Shown: piece by piece, positions 41,205 to 48,734 of the stretch | Position numbering within the stretch: the stretch's first letter is position 1 | Layout: each line of letters starts with the position of its first letter | NCBI GenBank assembly: GCA_947626735.1 | Contig: CANQTK010000002.1 | Coordinates: 5,551-69,550 of the forward strand | Direction of reading: 5' to 3' | Length of the DNA: 64,000 nucleotides | Source of the DNA: an uncultured Clostridia bacterium | GTDB lineage: Bacteria > Bacillota > Clostridia > TANB77 > CAG-508 | Notes under the pieces: model-generated | Databases searched by the model: none | What the model saw: only the letters and a program-made list of their open reading frames with translations | What the model was told of the DNA's origin: nothing | Made by a program: the position numbers and the translations under genes

Positions 41205-42356
41205 GTGCAAAAGAAAGCCAAAAAGAATGTAAAAACAATACAAAAACCATTTGATTTTACGTTATGTATTATTATATTTTTACTATTAGCATTGGGAATT
41301 GTTATGGTGCTTTCTGCTAGTGCACCATCTTCTCTTTCTATTACAGGTAGCAGTTATACTTATGCCGTAAAGCAAATTACTTTTGCAACAGTGGGAATTT
41401 TTTTAATGTTTTTCATTTCAAAAATAGACTATCGTATTTACAAAAATTTTTATAAAATTGCTTATGTAATATCTATCATTGCTCTATTATCGGTAGCTAT
41501 TCCAAAAATTGGAGTTGAAGTTAATGGAGCAAGACGTTGGATAGATATAGGATTTGGTACATTTCAACCATCTGAAATTGCAAAAATATGTCTTATCGTA
41601 TTTTATGCAGGATATTTAACAGAACATAAAAATGATTTACCATTCTTTTGGAAAGGTTGCATAAAATCGTTTTTTTGGTTAGCTCCACCAATTATCATCT
41701 TATTTTTCTTGCAAGACCATTTAAGTGCCTCTGTTGTTATTATTGCGATTGTTTCAATTATGATGATTATGGCAGGAACGAAACTAAAACATTTTTTAAG
41801 TATTGGTATTACAGGTGGGTCTTTAGCAGCAGTAGGCATGTTTTTACTTGCTACCTTAACGAATAAAGGAGGTTTTCGTTTAGCAAGATTAACTACCTTT
41901 TTAGACCCATGGCAAGACCCAACAGGAGATGGTTGGCAAGTCATTCAAGGACTTTATGCCATTGGCTCAGGAGGACTATTTGGAGTAGGTTTAGGACAAA
42001 GTAAACAAAAATATTTATATATACCAGAACCACACAATGACTTTATTTTCGCGATTATTGCAGAAGAATTAGGATTTGTAGGATGCGTTATTGTCATTAG
42101 TTTATTTGCTGCTTTTATTTGGAGAGGAATACTAACTGCAATGAAAGCACCAGACTCTTTTGGAAGCTTACTTGCTGTAGGAATTACATCATTGGTAGGA
42201 ATTCAAGCAATGATCAACATCGCGGTTGTTACTTCTTCTATGCCAGCAACAGGAATGTCACTTCCTTTCTTTAGCTATGGAGGAACTGCACTTTTAATTC
42301 TACTATGTAGTATGGGAGTCTTATTAAACATTTCAAGAGCAGGTTCAAAAGTTTAA
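41205..42356 (+). CDS. ftsW: SEDS family peptidoglycan glycosyltransferase FtsW/SpoVE
   Basis: About 10 TM segments, RWIDIGFGTFQPSE, PEPHNDFIFA, LPFFSYGG. GTG start. Confidence 0.9.
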   Translation: MQKKAKKNVKTIQKPFDFTLCIIIFLLLALGIVMVLSASAPSSLSITGSSYTYAVKQITFATVGIFLMFFISKIDYRIYKNFYKIAYVISIIALLSVAIPKIGVEVNGARRWIDIGFGTFQPSEIAKICLIVFYAGYLTEHKNDLPFFWKGCIKSFFWLAPPIIILFFLQDHLSASVVIIAIVSIMMIMAGTKLKHFLSIGITGGSLAAVGMFLLATLTNKGGFRLARLTTFLDPWQDPTGDGWQVIQGLYAIGSGGLFGVGLGQSKQKYLYIPEPHNDFIFAIIAEELGFVGCVIVISLFAAFIWRGILTAMKAPDSFGSLLAVGITSLVGIQAMINIAVVTSSMPATGMSLPFFSYGGTALLILLCSMGVLLNISRAGSKV

Positions 42357-42357
42357 A

Positions 42358-42387
42358 CTGTTTTTGGGGACGGAGGAAAAAAACAGG
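42358..42387 (+). repeat. single copy of CTGTTTTT-GGGGACGGAGGAA-AAAAACAGG hairpin, 1 nt after ftsW stop
   Basis: Identical to 2676-2704; followed by TTTGTGGTTTTTT. Confidence 0.8.
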
Positions 42388-42425
42388 TTTGTGGTTTTTT
42401 GCTACAATTTTAAAAGGAGAGCAAT

Positions 42426-43547
42426 ATGAAAGTAATGATAGCGGCAGCAGGAACAGGAGGTCATATCAATCCTGGAATCGCCATTGCCAATAAAATAAAA
42501 GAAGAAGAAAAAGATTCAGAAATTATCTTTATTGGTACTAATCGAGGGCTAGAAAATGACTTAGTACCAAGAGCAGGATATGAACTAAAAACCATTGATG
42601 CTTATGGACTAAGTAAAAAACTTTCCATTGATAATATAAAGAAAATGATAAAAACAGCAAAAGGCTATGGAGAAGCAAAGAAAATTATCAAGGAATTTCA
42701 GCCAGATATTGTAATTGGAACAGGTGGGTATATTTGTGGAGCTACCATTATGGCAGCACATAAATTAAAAATTCCAACTATGTTGCATGAAAGTAATGCA
42801 TTTCCTGGTAAGGCAGTAAAAATGCTTGCAAAAAAGACAGATTGTATTTTAGTTTCTTTTGAAGATGCAATTTCACGCATAAAGAATGCAAAAAAAATAG
42901 TATATACAGGAACGCCAATTAAAATTACAAAACAAGAATATAGTGAAGAACAAAAAGAAGAAATGAAAAGAAAAATTGGTTTCGATATTCATAAACCTAT
43001 TGTCCTTGTATTTGGAGGAAGCCAAGGAGCGCAAGCAATTAATGAAGCCATTATTGGCATTGCAAAAAAGAAACTAAATAAAGACTATCAAATTATGTGG
43101 GCAACAGGTCCAAAACAATATGATTTCATAAAAGAAAAAATGGAACAAGAAGACTTGAATATAAATCATATTAAAAACATGAAAATTGTTCCTTACATCT
43201 ATAATATGGAAGAAGTAATGAATTTAGTCGATATTATTGTAGCAAGAAGCGGAGCAATGACAATAACGGAAATATCAAATTTGGGAAAACCATCGATTCT
43301 AGTGCCACTTCCAAATGTAAGTAATAATCATCAACTATATAATGCAAAAGTATTGGAAAAGGTAAATGCAGCAAAAATTATCTTGAATAAAGATTTAACT
43401 GACGAAAAGCTAAATTTAGAAATTATAAATATTGTTAGCTATGAGCGAGTAATGGAAAAAATGGGAAAAAATGCAGAGAAAATTGCTGTAAAGGATGTGG
43501 AAAATAAAATATATAAGCAAATCAAAGAAGTAATAAAAACTAGATAG
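42426..43547 (+). CDS. murG: undecaprenyldiphospho-muramoylpentapeptide beta-N-acetylglucosaminyltransferase
   Basis: AAGTGGHINP N-terminal motif; GGSQGA; ARSGAMTITE. Confidence 0.92.
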   Translation: MKVMIAAAGTGGHINPGIAIANKIKEEEKDSEIIFIGTNRGLENDLVPRAGYELKTIDAYGLSKKLSIDNIKKMIKTAKGYGEAKKIIKEFQPDIVIGTGGYICGATIMAAHKLKIPTMLHESNAFPGKAVKMLAKKTDCILVSFEDAISRIKNAKKIVYTGTPIKITKQEYSEEQKEEMKRKIGFDIHKPIVLVFGGSQGAQAINEAIIGIAKKKLNKDYQIMWATGPKQYDFIKEKMEQEDLNINHIKNMKIVPYIYNMEEVMNLVDIIVARSGAMTITEISNLGKPSILVPLPNVSNNHQLYNAKVLEKVNAAKIILNKDLTDEKLNLEIINIVSYERVMEKMGKNAEKIAVKDVENKIYKQIKEVIKTR

Positions 43548-43627
43548 TTTTTACTACTTCTTTTTAAAATAAAAATCATTCAAATAATAAAATTTATCAT
43601 AAAAAATAAAGAAAACGCATAAAATAC

Positions 43628-43656
43628 TTGCAAAATTGTAAAAAATCTTTTAGAAT
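43628..43656 (+). promoter_or_regulatory. sigma-A-like promoter upstream of topA
   Basis: TTGCAA (43628-43633), 17 nt spacer, TAGAAT (43651-43656). Confidence 0.45.
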
Positions 43657-43687
43657 ACATAGGTATAAAACAAAAAAGGAGAAAATT

Positions 43688-45805
43688 ATGGCAGACAAAT
43701 TGATTATTGTGGAATCACCAGCTAAAGCCAATACGATAAAGAAGTTCCTAGGTGGTAATACGAAAGTAGTAGCATCTATGGGACATATTAGAGACCTTCC
43801 AAAATCGAAAATGGGAGTAAATATTGAGGGAGATTTTGAACCAGAATATATTAACATTAGAGGAAAAGGAGATTTAATAAAATCTCTAAAAAAAGAAGCT
43901 TCGGTTGCAAAACAAGTGTATTTAGCCACTGACCCTGACCGTGAAGGAGAGGCCATTGCTTGGCATTTGGCACATATATTAGAAATTCCAGAAGATAGCG
44001 TATGTAGAGTTACCTTTAATGAAATTACCAAAGAGACGGTGCAAGAGGCAATGAAACATCCTAGAAAAATAAACTTAGATGTAAAAGATGCACAACAAGC
44101 ACGTCGTGTATTAGATAGAATTGTCGGCTACAAAATGAGTCCAGTCCTTTGGAAAAAAGTAAAAAGAGGATTATCAGCAGGTAGAGTGCAATCGGTAGCA
44201 GTAAAATTAATTGTTGATAGAGAAGAAGAAATTGAAAAATTTATTCCAGAAGAATATTGGAATATCTATGTTTCTTTATTACAGGAATCTTCAAAACAAA
44301 CATTGGAAGCACATTTTTATGGAAAAAATGGGAAAAAACAAGATATTCATACAAAGGAAGAAGTAGATATTATTTTAAAAGATATTGAAAAAGCAAAATT
44401 CATTGTAGATAATATCAAAAAAAGTGAGAAAAAAAGAACACCAGCACCACCATTTACAACTAGTACCATGCAACAAGAAGCTTCCAGAAAATTAGGATTT
44501 ACGTTAAAGAAAACCATGTCTGTAGCACAAGGGTTATATGAAGGAGTAAAAGTAGAGGAAAAAGGGACTGTTGGTTTAATTACTTACATGAGAACAGACT
44601 CTACTAGAATTTCAGAAGAAGCAAGAAGTGCTGCCAAAAAGCACATTGTAAAAGAATATGGAGAAAACTATTACGAAAATCGTTATTACAAAACCAGCAA
44701 AGATGCACAAGACGCACACGAAGCTATCAGGCCAACTTACGTAGAGTTAGAACCAGAAAAAATAAAAGCTTCTTTAACATCAGACCAATACAAGTTATAT
44801 AAACTAATTTATCATCGTTTTATTGCAAGCCAAATGGCTGCCGCTGTTTTTGATACAGTAGCTGTTGATATTAAGGCAAATGACTATCTATTCAAAGCCA
44901 ATGGGCAAACTTTAAAATTTAAAGGTTTTATGATCTTATATGTAGAATCTGAAGATAGTAGAAAAGAAGAAAAGAAAAAAGAACAAGAAGATGCATTGCC
45001 AGAATTAAAAGAAAAAGAAGAATTAAAAAAGCAAAAAGTAGAGCCAAAACAAAGCTTTACAGAACCACCACCAAGATATACTGAGGCAAGTTTAGTAAAG
45101 GCATTAGAAGAAAAAGGAATTGGAAGACCAAGTACCTATTCTCCAACCATTACTACGATTTTGGAAAGAAGATATGTTGAGAAAGAACAAAAACAATTAC
45201 TACCAACAGAACTTGGAAAAGTAGTTAATCACTTATTAGTAGAAAACTTTAGTGATATTATCAATGTAGAATTTACAGCTAAAATAGAAGAAGAATTTGA
45301 CGAAGTAGCAGAAGGAAAGGAAGCATGGAAACAGGTAATTAGAGAGTTTTATGCACCTTTTAAAGTAACGGTTGAAAAAGTAGAAAAAGAATTAGAACAT
45401 GTTAAATTAGAAGAAGAAGTTTCCGATGTACCATGTGAAAAATGTGGAAGAATGATGGTTTATAAATATGGAAGATACGGAAAATTCTTAGCTTGTCCAG
45501 GATATCCAGAATGTAAAAATGCAAAGCCAATTATCGAAACCATAGATGTACCATGTCCAGTTTGTGGAGGAAAGGTACAAGTTAGAAAAACAAAAAGAAA
45601 GAGAAATTATTATATTTGTGAAAATAATCCTCAAAGTTGCAATTATATTTCATGGAATAAACCAAAACTAGGAGAAAAGTGGGAGCCAGAAGAAAACGTT
45701 GTAGTGGAAACAAAGAAAAAGACTTCAAGTAAAACAACGAAAACTAAAAAAACAGCAAAAACTGTAAACACGGCAAAGACAAAACGAAAAACAAAGAAAA
45801 AATAA
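43688..45805 (+). CDS. topA: DNA topoisomerase I
   Basis: Start placed at ATG 43688 (AAAAGGAG upstream; MADKLIIVESPAKA is canonical). TOPRIM DPDREGE, active-site Tyr region, three C4 zinc ribbons, Lys-rich tail. Confidence 0.95.
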   Translation: MADKLIIVESPAKANTIKKFLGGNTKVVASMGHIRDLPKSKMGVNIEGDFEPEYINIRGKGDLIKSLKKEASVAKQVYLATDPDREGEAIAWHLAHILEIPEDSVCRVTFNEITKETVQEAMKHPRKINLDVKDAQQARRVLDRIVGYKMSPVLWKKVKRGLSAGRVQSVAVKLIVDREEEIEKFIPEEYWNIYVSLLQESSKQTLEAHFYGKNGKKQDIHTKEEVDIILKDIEKAKFIVDNIKKSEKKRTPAPPFTTSTMQQEASRKLGFTLKKTMSVAQGLYEGVKVEEKGTVGLITYMRTDSTRISEEARSAAKKHIVKEYGENYYENRYYKTSKDAQDAHEAIRPTYVELEPEKIKASLTSDQYKLYKLIYHRFIASQMAAAVFDTVAVDIKANDYLFKANGQTLKFKGFMILYVESEDSRKEEKKKEQEDALPELKEKEELKKQKVEPKQSFTEPPPRYTEASLVKALEEKGIGRPSTYSPTITTILERRYVEKEQKQLLPTELGKVVNHLLVENFSDIINVEFTAKIEEEFDEVAEGKEAWKQVIREFYAPFKVTVEKVEKELEHVKLEEEVSDVPCEKCGRMMVYKYGRYGKFLACPGYPECKNAKPIIETIDVPCPVCGGKVQVRKTKRKRNYYICENNPQSCNYISWNKPKLGEKWEPEENVVVETKKKTSSKTTKTKKTAKTVNTAKTKRKTKKK

Positions 45806-45822
45806 ATTTCAATTGGAAACTA

Positions 45823-45851
45823 TTGACATTTGTGAAAAGATAGAGTAAAAT
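45823..45851 (+). promoter_or_regulatory. orphan sigma-A-like promoter driving a roughly 70 nt transcript into the shared terminator
   Basis: TTGACA (45823-45828), 17 nt spacer, TAAAAT (45846-45851). Confidence 0.45.
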
Positions 45852-45857
45852 AAAAAT

Positions 45858-45926
45858 AGCAAAGTAACTTTAAGAGTTCTCAAAGTAATCAAAAAAAAAA
45901 CCACGAGCGGCTACTCGTGGTTTTTT
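45858..45926 (+). ncRNA. candidate small antisense RNA (antitoxin-like), ends approximate
   Basis: Promoter at 45823-45851. Two direct repeats CAAAGTAA (45860-45867, 45881-45888) complementary to UUGYUUUG sites in the convergent mRNA. Ends at hairpin CCACGAG..CTCGTGG + T6. No ORF. Confidence 0.35.
45891..45926. terminator. bidirectional terminator shared by topA/sRNA (+) and small ORF (-); copy 1 of CCACGAG..CTCGTGG module
   Basis: A10-CCACGAGcggctaCTCGTGG-T6, followed by GCACTATGTATT (45930-45941). Confidence 0.75.
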
Positions 45927-45932
45927 CTTGCA

Positions 45933-46007
45933 CTATGTATTAGAACCAAATTCTTTAAGAATAAGATAAAGGAATAATAGTGCTAGCAACTTAAAGATAT
46001 TCTTCAA
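45933..46007 (-). CDS. candidate 24-aa hydrophobic peptide (type I toxin-like): MKNIFKLLALLFLYLILKEFGSNT
   Basis: GGAGGTG (46020-46014) 6 nt upstream of a TTG start. One predicted TM helix plus a polar tail. Own promoter at 46081-46053; terminator immediately after the stop. Confidence 0.4.
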   Translation of the reverse strand: MKNIFKLLALLFLYLILKEFGSNT

Positions 46008-46052
46008 AGCAATCACCTCCTTTAAAAAATACTCTCTAAATGAGGCAAAACA

Positions 46053-46081
46053 ATTATATTATGTAAATATATAGAATGCAA
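46053..46081 (-). promoter_or_regulatory. near-consensus sigma-A promoter for the small ORF
   Basis: Minus strand TTGCAT (46081-46076), 17 nt spacer, TATAAT (46058-46053). Confidence 0.55.
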
Positions 46082-46136
46082 GAAAAATCGTAAGACAGAA
46101 ATCGACAAAAAAAATTCATAAAATTTCATAAAAGGC

Positions 46137-46165
46137 TTGCATTTGCAAGCTTTTTGTGTTATGAT
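46137..46165 (+). promoter_or_regulatory. sigma-A-like promoter (extended -10) upstream of rpsB
   Basis: TTGCAT (46137-46142), 17 nt spacer, TGtTATGAT (-10 at 46160-46165); about 115 nt leader. Confidence 0.5.
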
Positions 46166-46280
46166 AGAAAGCGTTAAAAATACACACACTTTCTTTAGTT
46201 TAAAAAGCGTGCTTATCCAAGATAAGTCTTTTCAAATGTTAGAGGGAGAGTGGAGGAATAACAAAAAGGAGGAATAAAAA

Positions 46281-47084
46281 ATGGCAGTAGTTGCAATGAA
46301 ACAATTACTAGAAGCCGGTGTTCACTTTGGACATCAAACAAGAAGATGGGATCCTAAAATGGCAGAATACATTTTCCAAGCAAGAAATGGTATTCACATT
46401 ATCGATCTACAAAAAACATCTAAAAAATTAGATGAAGCATATGCTTTCATGAAAGAACAAGCAGAAGAGGGCAAAACAGTTTTATTTGTAGGTACAAAAA
46501 AACAAGCCCAAGAATGCATGAAAGAAGCAGCAGAAAAGAGTGGTATGTATTACATTAACCAAAGATGGTTAGGTGGAATGCTTACTAATTTTGGAACTAT
46601 TCGTAAAAGAGTAGAAAGATTGAAAGAATTAGAAACCATGCAAGAAGATGGTACTTTTGATGTACTACCTAAAAAAGAAGTCATTCTTTTAAAGAAAGAA
46701 ATGGAAAAGCTAGAGAAAAACTTAGGTGGAATTAAAGAAATGACGGAAATTCCAGGAGTTCTTTTCGTAGTTGATCCTAAAAAAGAAAGAATTGCTATTT
46801 TAGAAGCTAAAAAATTAGGAATTCCAGTAGTAGGTTTAATTGATACCAACTGTAATCCAGAAGATTTAGATTACCCAATTCCAGGAAACGATGATGCAAT
46901 TCGTGCTGTTAAATTAATTGCAGATACCATGGCAAATGCTATTATTGAAGGAAGACAAGGAGAATCCATGGATATGGATATGCCAGAAGAAGAACATGAA
47001 GAAGAAAGCATTGAAGAAGTGGTAGCAAACGAAGAAGAGACAGAAGAAGTAGCAGAAGAAACAACGAAAACTGTGGAAGAATAA
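46281..47084 (+). CDS. rpsB: 30S ribosomal protein S2
   Basis: [22 protein letters not shown] is canonical; acidic C-terminal tail. Confidence 0.96.
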   Translation: MAVVAMKQLLEAGVHFGHQTRRWDPKMAEYIFQARNGIHIIDLQKTSKKLDEAYAFMKEQAEEGKTVLFVGTKKQAQECMKEAAEKSGMYYINQRWLGGMLTNFGTIRKRVERLKELETMQEDGTFDVLPKKEVILLKKEMEKLEKNLGGIKEMTEIPGVLFVVDPKKERIAILEAKKLGIPVVGLIDTNCNPEDLDYPIPGNDDAIRAVKLIADTMANAIIEGRQGESMDMDMPEEEHEEESIEEVVANEEETEEVAEETTKTVEE

Positions 47085-47246
47085 AAAGAAAAAAGGGTAG
47101 AGCCTTTATCTGCTCTACTCTTTTAAAATGGGGTAAGGAAATCTATTAGAAAAATAACGTAGTATATTCCTTATTCCATATAGGAATACTAAGAGAAACT
47201 AGTGTTCCATTAGAAATTAGGATAAAGTTAAAAGGGAGGAAATAAA

Positions 47247-48131
47247 ATGATTACAGCAAGTCAAGTAAAAGAGTTAAGAGAAAAAACAGGTGCAGGTATG
47301 ATGGACTGCAAAAAAGTATTAACAGAAACCAATGGAGACGAAGAGAAAGCAATTGAGTTATTACGTGAAAGAGGACTTTCTAAAGCAGCTAAAAAATCAG
47401 GAAGAATTGCAGCAGAAGGACTAGCAGCAGCCTATATTAGCGATAATAAAAAAGTAGGTGTTGTTGTAGAAGTCAATGCAGAAACAGACTTCGTTGCAAA
47501 AAATGAAGAATTTAAAACTTTTGTTGCAGATGTCGCAAAACAAATTGCAGAGAAAAATCCAGCAAATGTAGAGGAGTTATTAGCACAAGAATCTATGGTA
47601 GACACAGGAAAAACAGTAGGAGATGTATTAACCTCTAAAATTGCAACCATTGGAGAAAATATGTCAATTCGTCGTTTTGAAAGATTTGAAACAGAGAATG
47701 GAATGGTAGCAACTTACATCCATGGAGATGGAAAAATTGCTGTACTAGTAGAAATGGAAAATGCAGACGAAACACTTGCTAAAGATGTATGTATGCAAAT
47801 TGCAGCAGCAAGACCAGAATATTTAGATAGGAACTCTGTACCACAAGATCGAGTAAATAAAGAAATGGAAATTTTAAAAGCACAAGCAATGAATGAAGGA
47901 AAACCAGCTGAAATAGCAGAAAAAATGGTACAAGGAAGAATTGGAAAATTCTATGGTGAAATTTGTTTAGTAGAGCAACCTTTTGTAAAAAATCCAGATG
48001 AAAAAGTAGGCAAAATGGTAGAAGCAAAAGGAGCTAAAATTATAAGATTTGCAAGAATTGAAAAAGGCGAAGGATTAGAAAAAAGAGAAGAAAACTTCGC
48101 AGAAGAAGTAGCAAAACAAATAAATGGATAA
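47247..48131 (+). CDS. tsf: translation elongation factor Ts
   Basis: ITASQVKELREKTGAGMMDCKKVL UBA-like N-terminus and conserved core. Confidence 0.96.
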   Translation: MITASQVKELREKTGAGMMDCKKVLTETNGDEEKAIELLRERGLSKAAKKSGRIAAEGLAAAYISDNKKVGVVVEVNAETDFVAKNEEFKTFVADVAKQIAEKNPANVEELLAQESMVDTGKTVGDVLTSKIATIGENMSIRRFERFETENGMVATYIHGDGKIAVLVEMENADETLAKDVCMQIAAARPEYLDRNSVPQDRVNKEMEILKAQAMNEGKPAEIAEKMVQGRIGKFYGEICLVEQPFVKNPDEKVGKMVEAKGAKIIRFARIEKGEGLEKREENFAEEVAKQING

Positions 48132-48145
48132 AAATAAAGTATCAG

Positions 48146-48195
48146 AAAAACCACGAGATGCAGAGTCGTGGTTTTTCCTTTTTGTATTATGTATT
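48146..48195 (+). terminator. terminator module copy 2 (CCACGA..TCGTGG + T-run + GTATTATGTATT)
   Basis: aaaaaCCACGAgatgcagagTCGTGGttttt ... GTATTATGTATT (48184-48195). Confidence 0.55.
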
Positions 48196-48269
48196 TTTCC
48201 GTCAAAATACGCAAAATATGAATAAAACATAATGACATAAAAGAAAGGAAAGAAAAATAATAAAATCTC

Positions 48270-48318
48270 TTGACAAAATAATTTTTTTAAGTTAATATAT
48301 GAATAGATATTCATATAT
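48270..48318 (+). promoter_or_regulatory. promoter with overlapping 11-2-11 perfect palindrome (ArsR/CadC-type operator)
   Basis: TTGACA (48270-48275), 17 nt spacer, TAATAT (48293-48298). ATATATGAATA-ga-TATTCATATAT at 48295-48318. Confidence 0.6.
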
Positions 48319-48357
48319 TCATAAATTAAGAATAGAATAAAATAAGGAGGATAAAAA

Positions 48358-48732
48358 ATGGACGAAAAAGAATTTATTTGCAATGAAAAATGCCCTCATT
48401 ATCATAAAATAGAACAAGTCAAAAAAGAAGAACCTAATTTTGACGAAATTATGGAAATGGCAGATATGTTTAAATTATTTGCCGATAGTTCTAGACTAAA
48501 AATTATATGTAGCATTTTAAATAACGAACTATGTGTGTGTGATTTAAGTGAGCTTTTAGGTCTTAGTCAATCCAATGTATCACACCAATTACAACTTTTA
48601 AGAACTTCGAAATTAGTGAAATATCGTAAAGAAGGAAAACAAGTATATTATAGCCTTCAAGATGAACACATTGAGAAAATTATTACCATGGCACTAGATC
48701 ATGTAAGAGAGGAAAAAGGGGGAAAAGCATAA
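48358..48732 (+). CDS. cadC: ArsR/SmtB family metalloregulator (CadC-like)
   Basis: ELCVCDLSELLGLSQSNVSHQLQLLR metal-site/HTH motif; N-terminal Cys pair; 2 nt upstream of the P-type ATPase gene. Confidence 0.8.
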   Translation: MDEKEFICNEKCPHYHKIEQVKKEEPNFDEIMEMADMFKLFADSSRLKIICSILNNELCVCDLSELLGLSQSNVSHQLQLLRTSKLVKYRKEGKQVYYSLQDEHIEKIITMALDHVREEKGGKA

Positions 48733-48734
48733 AT

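Noticed and set aside
43628-43687. 20-codon extension of topA
   Set aside because: The candidate promoter (43628-43656) lies within it. ATG 43688 has AAAAGGAG upstream and gives the canonical MADKLIIVESPAKA start.
48146-48260. Possible second and third toxin-antitoxin cassettes at terminator module copies 2 (48146-48260) and 3 (50633-50760)
   Set aside because: On the minus strand there is no RBS-preceded small ORF ending before the hairpin. Copy 2 reads through the terminator into tsf antisense, and copy 3 has stops in the frame homologous to copy 1. There are no flanking orphan promoters. Only the terminator-plus-box similarity is retained as a finding.
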